NCBI RefSeq assembly: GCF_963853765.1
Contig: NC_088859.1
Span: 5,952,001-6,016,000, forward strand
Length of the DNA: 64,000 nucleotides
Direction: 5' to 3'
Source: Magallana gigas
Lineage: Eukaryota
The translations under genes were made by a program, and so were the position numbers. The notes below the pieces were generated by a model. The model had not been told where the DNA came from and ran no database searches. It worked only from the letters and a program-made list of their open reading frames with translations. Shown one piece after another: positions 13,314 through 26,647 of this stretch (positions are counted from its first letter, which is position 1; each line of letters opens with the position of its first letter).

Positions 13314-13392
13314 AGGCACTTGTTTCTGAGAAAAAAAATTACCCTATAGTATAATAATACAGGGTGAATTTTTTTCTCAGAAACAAGTGCCT
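13314..13392. repeat. About 32-bp inverted repeat with a 15-bp spacer (mini-MITE/hairpin)
   Basis: aggcacttgtttctgagaaaaaaaattaccct ... agggtgaatttttttctcagaaacaagtgcct. Confidence 0.8.
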
Positions 13393-15580
13393 GTGGTCTT
13401 GATGATGGGAAAGTAGAAATAAAATGTTATAAATGATAATTCGAGACAAATTATTCCGTTCAGACCACAGATGCTTGGTTCTCCTTCAAAATGACAACAT
13501 TATACAAAACTCTTGACTTTTGACAAGATCTATTTCGACGGAATTCAAGAAAAATATGTCTTGTAGTTGCCTTGAAATTTTCTGATTATCTGTCGTCAGA
13601 TAAATACGTGGCGGTCGTAATGTAAAATTGTGATCGTCGTTTATTTGCGAATGCGCTCGATATTAGCTGGATAATGAACACCTCCACGACGCGAGACACC
13701 AGCTTGTTACTGCTGCAATTTCCTTTTTATAAAGAATCTTATAACGGCTCCGATTTTATATAACATTGGGTCTTCATGGTCCCCCCAACCCCCACCCCGA
13801 ATTTTATGATTTGGGGAAAAAAAATTTGCTTGTCAAGATTTCTGAGGATTAGTGTCCCCCCCCCCCCCTCCCCCCCCCCACCACTTTCAATTTGCTTCCG
13901 ACGCCACTGTACATAGCATTAAGAAAAAATGGGGCGGGTCGGATAAATTACACGCCCAATCTTTGAAAATGTAGTTGTGTAGTACATGTACTCATAAATG
14001 AAGCTTCTTCTAGCTTCGGAAAGAATAGCAGAAGAGTTTGAAACGGGCTACCCAGAGAATAGATGTATATCATCTAATGAATATGAAAATAAGACAAAAA
14101 ACAACTTGATTAAATCACAATGTTCAATTCATGTAGTTTATACTAAGAAGTCTTTTTTTTATCTAGCTCTTTTATATACAAGAAAGGAATTTGAAAAAAA
14201 AAATAGTCGTTCTCTGTAAAACGCCATAACAAGCTTACATCTAGCGATCTCTTATATTTCTTTATGTAGGCTGTCTTAATTGAAAATTAAAAATCTCTCT
14301 TTAAAGTCTCTTTAAATTAAATCCAACGTAATCGCAGTTTTCATTAAAACTTCGATATGCTTAGAAATGCAACCGCATATAAATTTAATAAAGTGCAGCG
14401 ATTCTGTTATTTTAGAATAAGAATTTATGCATGCAACGTTGCACGTGCGTATCTATGGCACCAAGCAGTTTCTGTAAGGACCTTCACCCCTATGCACGCT
14501 AAAATCCAAAAGGAGGGCTTTCGGGCTTTCAAAAGTCGGCAGTATGTCGTTTATTAATAAAAACAATATTTTGGTTTTGAATTTTTTATATCTTTTTAGT
14601 ATCTGGAGCAGAAAGAAATTATCAAAAGAAATAAATAGCGTCTAAAACTTAATAAAGTTTTCTATTATTACATTACGACTTAATTGTGAATTAATATTCT
14701 GGAACTTCCAACTTGCACTTTTCTTTAAACTTGAAATGTTTACTAGCGCTTTTAACAAGAACGCGTTCTTGAAGGGCTCTTTCCTGAAGTAGGCAAATAA
14801 GATCGCATGCCTTTGTACATGTATGCTGTTTCGCGTAATTACCATTACTTTCATTATTATATGAAAAAGAGGGTTTTTTCCAATTATAACACAAAAAAAT
14901 TGTTTTGTGTGGCGTTTTCCTTTACTTGTGTTCTTAAACTGAATAACCCTGTTTCCCTGTTGGGAAGTTTAAAAACTTGCTTATTGTGTTTACTTCTAAC
15001 AATATTCATATGAAAACAGTTCGTCTTAAAAAAAATTGCTTTACCCGTTCATGTTCAAGCGTGTTACAAATTCCACTCAAATTCTAATGAAATGTTTGAA
15101 GACGCTTTGTGTACATTGGGAAATAATTGGGACAAAAATAAGGGGATTAAAATATTAATTCTAATATTGACCTGACTTAAAAAAAACCCAGCGAATGTTT
15201 AATCGCAATCCTTCCACGGACTAATTAAAAAAAAGCTTATATTACATGCAGAGAGCAAACGGATTAATTGAATGGTAGACAAAAACGAAACCAGACGTAA
15301 CACAGAGTATGAATCAATCGAAAAGTTGTTTTTTGATGGACAAACGTATTGCATCATCAGGAACAAGCAACCTTTGGACTCTACGAATGCTATGATGCAA
15401 GGTCTCCAAAACATCACGTGGGTATATACCGGTATAAGGAACGAGTTCTGATTGGTGTATTGCACCACACCCCCAGCAGTTTCTTCGCACATCTTTTGTG
15501 AAAATAACAAATTTTTACCTTATGCCGATATCAAGTGTTCCATAGTTGCTATGTGCTAACGGACGAAAGTTCTACAAACA

Positions 15581-17778
15581 ATGTGGATTTTTGGCATTTT
15601 CTCGTTGTTTTGTGTTTTGCCCTGCAGCTCGTTTTTCTTGTCAGAACTACTATGGACTGATAGCAGTGAAACAGAAAAACGCGGCAATGAAACAACTGAT
15701 GAACTTAAGACGCTGAAACAGCAAAATGCTACATTCAATGGGAGTATTGACCTTATCAAAAATGCAGACAACTTTACCGAAGAGAGTAATATCTCTAGAG
15801 AACAATCAAGTACAAGTGCTGCACTCACTGTTACTCCCCCGGGAACGAATACAACAGAAAATGTAACAGAGAATACAATAGAACATCATGATACAGCGGA
15901 CAAGGAAGAAGAGCAAAAGGCAGAGGAACGAATGCACATGGAGTACATAAAAAGGCAGCTAATGGCTAAATTGCGCCTTTCCTCCGCGCCCGTGTCCAAG
16001 AGTGACGCGTCGGTCCTGCCCCTAGCGGAGTTGGGGAGGGGTTTCCTTCAGACCCAGCATGACCAAGGACAAAAGAAATACAAGCCGCATCACTTCTACG
16101 CCAAGGCGCTGCAAATCTACGTCATCGGAAACGACGGTAAGTGCCATTTTCTATTTTTCTTTTTAATGATATTCATTTATCCAATACTTTGAGTGTATTT
16201 TGCAAGTGAAATATTTTATTTTAAATCGTGATTTGATTTTACGTTTCAGTCAAGGATCGTAAGCAAACTTTATAATATTTGTCCTATATGTGTAACCCTT
16301 TGACAACAAGAGGTTGCATTTAACCAGTTTTAACAAGATACGGTTCCGTATTATAACTTTGTGTTACACTTCACTGTATACTTCTGTCCGATTCCGTCAA
16401 ATCACTTGTTTATGTGCAATGTTTAATCAGAATAATCTTCTATTTTCCATTCTAATATCATGGTTATAATGAGGGTACATATAATTGGAATCACTGTTGT
16501 TTTTCCACTAGCAAAAGCGTTAAAATTGACATTTTGTTTTGATGTTTTATCGGTACTTTAAGCAAGCAACTAATTCTTGACTATTAAATCTAACAAGAGA
16601 AGTGTATAATAAGCAAAAACTCATCGTAGATAGATAGAAAATTCATATCACACTTGAGACAACTTTTCAAAATACGTTTTCACTCATGCTACGCGTGCGT
16701 TAAAAAGCGTGCCTCGCTCGTTGTTAGACAATAAGATATATTGCGATAGACCATAAAAAAAAACGTTCAATTTCTCTAAAAATATTGTTAACATATGTAG
16801 AAAAAATATTCATGAACCAATAGTTTCAAAGAATTTTGCTATTCTTCCTCAGAAACGGAGAACTGCAGTTACCGGAAGTCGGCCGGTTGCTACTATTTTG
16901 ACGTCAACGGAAAGGTGCCAGCCAGTGATGTCCAAAAAGCCGAGCTGTGGATCTATAAACTCTTCTACCACCGAGATCCAGTGGTCCAGACTTTTGTTGT
17001 ATCGGAACTCGGAAGAACCAACAGAGCGGAACGGAAGGTCCGTCCACGCAACATCATAAATAGGTTCGAGACCAAAATTAAGCACGGTTGGCTGAAAATT
17101 GACGTCACAGAGACAGTTGTGCGGTGGCTACAAAAACCCGCTAGGAACGATGGGATATCTATACTGTGTAAAGGATGTCAAAGAAAGAATCACAAGACAA
17201 TATTTAGTTCTAAATATGATTCCATGCCATTCCTGGCAATAACAACTAGAAAAAGTCACAGGAGTCGACGCTCAAAGCGGTCTGCGCCTGTGGCATGTTC
17301 CCTTGGATATGAGGGGTGTTGTTTGGCGCCTCTAGAGATCAACTTTGACGAAATCGGTTGGACTGGAATTATAGCTCCTAAAAAGTTGAACTATGCTTAT
17401 TGCAAAGGCTCATGTAATGGTAGGTGTTAGCTCTGTTGAATTTCTTTATTGACACTGTTTACAGTGTCGGCTAATTGTAAAATACATCTATAGCAGCATT
17501 TTTTTTTGTAAATTCATAGGTATTTTACAAATAAATATACTAAATACACGAAACAATATTTGTTTATTTCAGACGAAATCGACGCTCACAGTAATCACAG
17601 CAAAATGGTACAAGAGTACCGATACTCTAATGTCGCAACAGACAAAGAAAGGCGGGAAATGACGCCATGTTGTGCCCCAATATCGTTTTCCGCGCAGTCA
17701 ATGTTAATAAGGATCGATTCTACAGTAATCCATCAGAATATCCCAAACCTGATACCGACTGCGTGCGGGTGTCTGTGA
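15581..17778 (+). CDS. TGF-beta superfamily ligand of the activin/inhibin-beta/myostatin/TGF-beta (9-Cys) type, 3 exons, 442 aa
   Basis: Exons 15581-16136, 16853-17419, 17573-17778 (1329 nt). Signal peptide MWIFGIFSLFCVLPCSS; prodomain motifs YIKRQLMAKLRL, AELWIYK, GWLKIDVTETVVRW; furin site RSRRSKR at 17260-17280; 114-aa mature domain with pattern C-CC-CxGxC-CC-CGC. Confidence 0.92.
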
Positions 17779-19216
17779 TGGTGTTTGGACGGTGACAAAT
17801 AAGGATATAGGGCAAGCAACGATCAATGCAATTAAACTACGATCAAGCCATTATTTTTATTTGTTTTCTATGAAAATAATTATTGTTACCATTGTTACGG
17901 AGTAAACATGATAGTATATGTATCACAAATCCTCAAAAATATAGAACATTTAAAACTCGATATTTTTTATATTGACCTTGTGTGTAGATGACACTTTCCA
18001 ACTACTAGCTGCATCTTTTGGTCTGTTATGACAATCGGCTAACTTCGAGAGGATTTTCATTTTCGTAGAAACGTTGACGGTGGAATTTTGAGAATATCTA
18101 CATTTACATGTAGGATGTTATTTTGTTTGTTGATTTTCATGTAAATAAATTAAAATTCTTTGTAGATGCATGTGTATATATTTTTTTACCATAAGCTCGT
18201 GCGTTATAAACAATACCTTTGGTCAGCACTGCTACACATTTGAGGCAATATTCGGTATGCTGATGTACCCGACTTTAAGTTGTGTCTACTTTTTTTTTTC
18301 AGCAGCCGTGTTTCGTTATCAAGAAATGTATTTGATCGGAAAGGGTGTGGGGGGGGGGGATAAACTTTGTTAAAGAGAGGTCAAATCTCGAGATGGTTCA
18401 ATTTTCATCTATTAATTAATAATACCTAAGTAAAAAAAAATAGCAAGAAAAAAAAGATAAATGATATAAGTTGTGTGCTTGTGAAATATTCTTGAGGGAG
18501 ATTTAAAACGCCAATCCATCAACAAACTCATCCATAAGAAAGTTGCATTAAAGGAGTTGCTATACAAGCTTAAAAATGACTAAATTTAAAATCTCCCTCA
18601 GTTAAAGTTACAGTCCATAAATTTCAGTAATAAATTTATTTATATAATCATATTACAAACAAAATGCATTAAATGATTTATTTTATTATACAATTAGTTT
18701 CTAGAAAGAACCAGCTTTCTTAATCACATGATGACGTAGACAAATACACCGGTACATATGTACCCAGTTTATGAGAGTTTATTAAATTTTAACTAGGTCC
18801 TAGGGTTTTTAAATTTCTAAGCTACATTGTACTTAAGTCTGATTTGTTTGTGTTAAAAAATGATTTAAGAATGTTAATCTCATGGCAGAAATGGTAGAAT
18901 ACAAACGTCTGCGTTTGAAAGTTAAATGACAACTGGACGGAATTATGAGAAGTAAAATTTGTACAAAGACCTTGATACGCTGTCAACAAATCTGGGCTCT
19001 TATGATTCAACAAAAATGACAGATAATGATTCATGGGCATAGTTTTCCCACTCTTCTGCTATAAAGCCTGCTGTTTTCCAGGGGTTTTATTGTGCTGTAC
19101 TTGACAACAGCAAGGTCATGATCGAAGGTGCTAGATTGTTGCTGAGTAGGAGAGATTTCTATCATTCCTAAAAGTACATTAGGGGAGAATGTTATACATG
19201 TAGTGCGCGACCCTTT

Positions 19217-22200
19217 CTAGGATGCCTTTGCCTTGGCTTCTTCTTTCTGTGCTGTCAAGTCCTCCAATTCTTCAATCATAGCAGATGCCTGCAGAACAAG
19301 GATGCTATTGTTATGGCTCAAATTTCAGTCATTGCAAAATAATCAAGTGCTTATTTTTTAAATAATTTGAAAACAATGGATTGAGAACTTTGATATATGG
19401 ATCAAGTCAATCATACAGATTAAGAGATTAATCCTTTGGAAATGTTCACGTATTTGTAAATCACTTTGATGATTTACTCCAGTATTTTAGAACTATAAAG
19501 CTTGATTTTTTTTAACCAATCAGCGACTAAACCACTTTTTTAAAAAATGTATAACAATAAAAAAGAGAAATACACAAAAACTAGTTGGATAAAAAAATAT
19601 ATAAATAAAATGTATTGTTAATTGGATAAAAAGCAGGCATGTTCTAATTAAGTTAGATTAATGTATACACATATTACACAAAATGTCCTTTATTAAATAT
19701 GATTTAACAGTAACTTTCAAAGCAAAAATCAAAAGTCTATACCTGGCATATACTAGTATTTTGGCAATGAGAAAAGTTGCATTACCAAATCTTTTCATAC
19801 TCATTATAGATTTATAACAGTTTGTAATACTTATATTTATTATAATATTATTAGTTCAAATGTTATTCTCCATTCTGAATAACTTTTTTGCATAGTATTC
19901 CAGTATTTACTTTTCTTTAAGGTGTATTGCTTAAGAATTTCATAATTCTAATGGAAGTAAATCCAAGAAGTTTTAATGTTTTTCTTTTTTGAAGAGAGAG
20001 GATGGCTGCAAAATATTCACAAATTTCATTAAGAATTTATTTCTTTGATCCAACCATCTAAACATGAAATTCAAATAAAGGCTAATGATTAATTTTTTTG
20101 TTTAATACCAATACATGTACATGAAGTTATGAAAGCACTATATGTATTATACTATACATTTAAGGTCTTGTAGACTTACTTACCCACACATAAAAAGTAG
20201 CAGCCCCAGCTGACACGTCCCTGACCTCTTCAAGGTCAAACTCCTCTAACAAGGCCTTTGCTCTTTTTGCAGGAGCTACAGGAATTTTTTCTGGCTTGCA
20301 TTCAATGCAGCGACGCTTCAAGCTTTCTTTTCCTGTTTTTCCGACCAAGGCTTGTACAGATTTCCAGATCTGATATTGAAAACATTAATTCAAATGAATA
20401 AACACCCTACTTTTAACAAATACATTTGTAACTTGCAAAAAGTAAACTGCTCATAATTATTGTGTATGTATGAACCAACTGAATACAGAACCTTCGTTTC
20501 TTTTTCCTGGTGGCCTAGCAACAAGAAAGTTGCAGTCATGACCTTATGAACCACAGCTGGAGGATTCTGGTAGCTTCTGATCTCAGCCACAGTTGCCTGC
20601 TTCAGCTCCAAGATCTCGTGGCGGATACGCTCCAGTCGTTTCAGCCGTGTCAGCAGTTTAGAAGCCTCGCCCAGTTCCTTGGCCAAAGGGACTTCAAGAC
20701 CATGCTTCTTGATTGCATTAATGGCCTTCTCGAGTTCTTCTAGTTCTCGCTTTGTCATAGCACGTTTCAGATCTACGGTACAAAAAAAGTGACTGTAGTC
20801 TTCAGAAAAAAATATATAAATATAATTGTTTAATGTAAAGTGTGCAAACTTCTGATGATTAAAACGTACCTTATCTTTTACTATTTTATGCAAATCATAA
20901 TTTTAGAATATCAAATTTTAGACAGATTTGAAAGATACCACAGCATAATCACAATTTCTAGAATTAATATAATCTATCCTCATTTCCAAGGAAATTGATT
21001 AAGATGAAATATAACAGGAGCACTTACCGTCTCTGACAAGGAGTTCCTTCAGAATTTTCTCTGCTTTGACCAGGTCCATATCTGTGTCCTCCAGCTTCTC
21101 CTTCTTGAACTCAGTAATGTTGTAGTCCAGCTGGTAGCGGTCTCGACTTTTGATGGCCACTTTCAAATTATACCTCAGCTTCCTATGTCTCTCATCTATC
21201 ATCCAATGTAAAATACAGACACTGAGCAAACACAAAATTCAAATCAAACTCAAGTCAGCAACTATGATACATTTATGTATTCATCTAAATTAATCAAATG
21301 GAGTAAAACTTTAAATTGATAGGACTTTAGTATTAATCTATCATTCCCTTCTAGTAAGATCAAGAAAATATGAAACCCAATACATGGGCTCTTCTTAAAT
21401 TTGGAATGTTTAGGAAATCTTCCATTATGGACCTTGTTTGATTATCTGTTGATATTCATACTGACCTTGTAACCTTTTGCGTAACCTCTTGGCCTCTTCT
21501 TCAGATCCCCCTTTGTTTTTCAGTTTATCCAACTCTTCCTTAGTCTTTTTCTCCTTCTCTTCTGCATCCTACAGGGTATGACAGTTAAGTTTGAAATTAT
21601 GAAGCTTAATGTACCTTTCGTTTTAATTTATGAAACTTTTTTTTTTAAACATCTACTATTCTGATTTATCAAGTTTCAACTTGACTATTGAAATCAACTT
21701 CACTAGGGAGTTAAAATATGAAATTCTCCTTAAGGGATTTTTAAAACACTTAATCAATTATGGACCCATAGTATATTCTCCTCAAAGCAATAAAAATTTT
21801 GGAGCATTTTTTTTTCCTCTGTTGATAAGTTGAACTCATCAGATTTATTTTCCCGGACCTTTGCGAGTTTCTCCACATCTTTGTACAACTCCTCTTCCTC
21901 TTTCTTTCTTCTTTCCTCTTCCTCCCTCTGTTTTTTCTCCAACTCCCTTAATCTTTCAGATTCCTTTAAATAATTTACAAAACAAATTATTATAAGGTTG
22001 TTGCAATAAACACATTGAAAGTATAAACTTCACGTGCTGTACTTTAAACAGTCTGATTAAAACCTCAGCTCTCTATCTACAGTCAGACCGCTGCATGATT
22101 TAATGAAAATTCATAATTACAGGTATACATGTAGCTTATTGCTATTTTTACAATGCTGAAACTGTTACCTCTTCTTCTTCCCTTCTTCTTCTTTCTTCCT

Positions 22201-25200
22201 CCTCTTGTTTACGCCTCTCTGAACAAAAGTAATGCAAAAACAGAGTATCAGTAAAATTGTCAAAGGGCTGCAACTCTATTATAGTAGATGCTTATTATTT
22301 TCAATTACACTTATACTGGTATATATATTACATTCTGAAAAGGAAAGCTATCTGATTATTAAATTAACATATGCAAATGAATGGCAACATTTTTTTATTA
22401 TCTTTCTATATTTATATTTCTTTCCATGGAAAATGTAAGACGAACTTAAGATTTAAAACAAACAAACCATCAAGTTTACATCTTTTTCATTCATCAATGA
22501 CAAATATATATATAAGAAAAATGGAATGCAAAGTAAATGATAAATAAATAGAATTCTGCTTAGATAGCTGAATTATATAAAAGAAAGAAATAATTATATG
22601 TTGTATTGATTCAGGTTTTTTTTTCCTGGTAAAATATCTAAATGTACAGTCCCCAAAACATTCTACTTTCCCACTTGAGCTGTTGTACGGTGAGTTAACG
22701 ATGAGCCCATTCTGAGCGAACGGTGAGTGCACTCTGAGCCAACAGTTAAATGATGAGGAAACACAGAGCACAAACATAAGCACAAAGGAATAATGAACGC
22801 ATAGTGAATGCACCAGGAACAATATGTGAATGTTATGTGAGCGCAAGATGAACGATTTATTTGGTGTGCCTCAGGAGTTGTCCTTACATTGTGTTTCGTC
22901 GGTTATAAAAAAAAAATAGTATGTATTGTTATGAGCCTAAATATAATATTATTTGATAGATCGATAAGTGAACACTGAACGAAGGTGAGTGCAAAGTAAA
23001 CGCTTTGTGAGCGCATGCTGAATGCACGGTGATCGCAAAATGGAGTAGAGTGGAGAGCACAAGTGAACGCACTGGGAGCGATGGTGAACCCACAGAATAA
23101 TTGGAAAGTAGAACATTTCAGAGACTGTACCTTTTATATGATGTATTTTCAACATTCACCCACAAATTCACTTGTGCAAATCTAGCGTCTGTAATAAATT
23201 ACTTTTACAAATACACAATATTAACGGCCATTTATATTTGGATGATAAGAAAATGGTAATTGAGGCTTGGATTTAGAAAGACATCAAGTACAGTACATTG
23301 TAAAGAGACTGTGATAATTATATATAAATTCTGTGTACATATAATTGATGCATGCATGGAATTTCTGATACTTTGACCTCTCTTCTTGTCATCAGGCATA
23401 TCGGTATATATCACAACTGTCAAAAAAACATTACACAAAATACACTGTTATTTGTAACCCTGACAAATTCTACGAAGCAAGCAAATAAAAAAAAATAAAA
23501 AATATACAAGTGCATAATAGTGAGGTCCCAGAATTTTCCAAAAAATAAAATGATTACTTGTGCTTTGGATACATTTTAATTTTATGTATTGAACCATCCC
23601 ATTTCATTCAGATATGTTGCATACAAAGTGTTGGCATGCCACACTTCATTCATATAGCATTAAAAGAAACACATCAATTAAATGCTGCATTAATTGACCT
23701 CTTTCTCGATCCTTCTCCTTATCTTCCTCCATATTGCTGATGTCTTCCTCATCAACAATGGCTGTTGTCATAGTTTATAATACAGTATTCTTTTTTAAAA
23801 TAATTAGTAAAATCAGTAGTTCATATCTGTCAATAAATTAGTATTGTCAGTTATTATTCTTTTTAAGCAGCTTTTGAATGTTAATCAAATCTATGTATTG
23901 AAATGATAAAAAGATGTTTTTTAAACATGTTTTAGACAGTGACTCACCTTCATCCTCAAGTTGTCTCTTTCTTCGCAATTCTTCATTTCTCTTTTGTTCC
24001 TTAAAAAAGAAACACATTCATTTTTTAATGAGCAACTCAATAAGGCATAATAATGAATAATACCAGAAGATAATTGCAGATGAAGTATTGTTGCTGTACA
24101 TTATTTGTGATTCATATGGATAGCTAATACATCTAATACTTTAGATAGTATAGTGCTGGAGCACCATACTAGTGATGAGAGCATTTACAATATTGGTAAA
24201 GAAGAAAGATATTTCAAAGATTATAGCATATACCTCATCTTGTCTCCTCCTCTCTTCATCTCTCTTTTTCTTTAACCTCGCCACCTCCTCCTCTGCCAAC
24301 CTTTCTCTCCTCATTAGATCTGGAATATAATATTTAATCTGGTAAATTACATCTACATATACAATTAATGGAGAGAGAAAGAATGAAACAGATAGGAAGG
24401 AGAGAGTATGAATTTTATACAATAATTCATCATCACCCATTCATACCAGCCTTTAAATGTGACAAATGAAACAAAAAAAATCACCTTCTCTCTCCTTTTC
24501 CTCTTCCATTTTCTCTGACTGAAGATCCAGTCGATTGGGAATATTGCATAACATGACTTCTATTTCAGCAAATGCCACAGGACTGCCAGGAACAGGTCGA
24601 CATTTAACAAACTCATCCCACTTCTTCTTGGAGAAATGACGGCCATGAACAGTCTGAACAAACCACCTACAACACATAATGTGTAAAAGACCAAAATTCA
24701 TTCTTCAGTCTTGAATTCTAAAGACTAAACCATCACTGAAAATTAGCTCACATTCTTATTACCTGTACTTCAAATTTTCACTAACAAAATGAAATACTGT
24801 AGAAGCAGAAATATTCATTGAGGATTTAATTTCATTATTTTCATTGGCAGTAAAAATCAACATACTTAATTCATGACAAATTTTTACCCCAAATATAAAT
24901 GAATACAAAGAGATTATGATATGACAAAATTAAATGCCAAAGAAATCTTATTTCGTTTAAAAACAACAAAATTTTGACCCAACAAAAATATGTGCTTCTA
25001 CATTATATTACCAATATCGGTCATTGACCGAATTTGTTAATAGTTAAATATAATCACTGAGCTTCATCCTGTGATATTGTATCCTTATGGTTCACATCAA
25101 TCATGGAAAACTCCCATCTGAAATCCTGAATCAGGAAGAATCGTCGGTCCATTTCCTGAAGGAGGTTATACAGTTCCGAGGGCTCGCAGTAGCTGCCATG

Positions 25201-25949
25201 TATACAAGCATATTTCATGGACTCCATAACCTACAAAATATTATTTCAAAACTATTAAATCTATTAAACATTGAATTGTTAATTTTAATTTAGTAAAAGA
25301 AAGATTCCAATGGTAAAAGAAAACTTATATTCATTTTATCTCAATTAATTGAATAAATATTTATACAGAAGTCTGAATTAAAGATCCATGCCAATATAAC
25401 TTTGTGCATTCCACAGGATGGTTCAATAACAATGTTTACATCATAAAATACATCTTTTAAATAGAAAAATTCATCAAAGTCTAATGGTGTTTTATTATAA
25501 AAAGCACAACAAGTAATCAATTACAACAAAGTTCTTTGGTTTAGCTTTCACTTATGCCAACCTGAAGATTTACACAAATCTCCACATTTGATATAATTTT
25601 AATATCCAGTAAACAATTTAAATTTCTCTAATATACAACCTGTATTTTTCTGTCATCATTGTTATTTGAAAGTTATTTTAATAATGTTTGACCTCCAATT
25701 CAGATACTGTATTTTTTACAAGCCAAATAGAAAATCTCCATCTGCATGTATGCATAAATTTTAAGCTATATATACATTCATAAAAAATTACTACACAATT
25801 TCACTTGCCTGTGGTAAACTGATACCCCCCATGCGTAGGTCTCCGTGCAGAATCTGCATCTGTATGGGAGACAAGTTCCCTTTCCCATCTGTGTCATAGT
25901 TATTGAATATGGTTTCCAGAACCACTCTCTCATCTAAGAGACCACCCAT
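19217..25949 (-). CDS. Uncharacterised protein: N-terminal EF-hand-like region, E/R/K-rich helix, C-terminal dynein stalk/microtubule-binding-domain-like module, about 566 aa
   Basis: Coding exons 25809-25949, 25058-25230, 24485-24666, 24234-24319, 23948-23999, 23699-23761, 23378-23416, 22169-22218, 21859-21963, 21466-21568, 21028-21195, 20492-20772, 20184-20369, 19217-19288 (1701 nt, phases consistent, one GC donor). EF-like loops DTDGKGNLSPIQ and DVNHKDTISQDE; motif AEIRSYQNPPAVVHKVMTATFLLLG. The start codon and the 63- and 39-nt exons are less certain. A probable non-coding first exon ends at the donor at 26648. Confidence 0.8.
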
Positions 25950-26548
25950 GTTTATATATTCACTTAAAAAAAAAATGACATCATCAACATCATTTAATTG
26001 TTGTTAAGAATACATATCAGCATAACACATTTGAAATATTTATTTCAATGCTATCTTTATACAATAAAGACATAATATACTCTCTTCTTTGAACACTTAA
26101 ACTATTCACTCAAATTCTAAGAGTACCTTTACATATCAAGTTTTCTAATATATTTGATTGGGAAAAAAAAACCAAATCTCAGTTTTAAAACATTTTTGAT
26201 TTCACATTTTGACAAAAATCAAAGATGATATTAGATTTATTTGGCATTCTTAATAAATGCTGAAATAACATTTTAGTCATCTTGTCATTTATTTATAGAT
26301 TTAGTACTTCAAACACAACCGGATATGATGGCATATCAGATATAGATGGTTGGAAATTCATTATTAAAACATGCCATTTAAGAAGCATATAAAACCGTAT
26401 ATTGATTATCATATAACAATTTGAAAACTGAAAGTTTTCAATGAAAAATAAAATGAAGGGTAAATTTTGAAATGCGTTTGGAGCATATAGCTTAACACTG
26501 CTTAATGTATAACATTTAAAACGCAACGATTTATTGTATTTCTTACAC

Positions 26549-26641
26549 GAATAAATTGCTAAACGTTGCTAGTCTAAATTATATCAAAAACACTGAATAA
26601 ATTGCTAAACGTTGCTAGTCTAAAGTATGTCAAAAACACTG
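26549..26641 (+). repeat. 46-bp direct repeat x2
   Basis: gaataaattgctaaacgttgctagtctaaa at 26549 and 26595. Confidence 0.85.
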
Positions 26642-26647
26642 TTTTAC

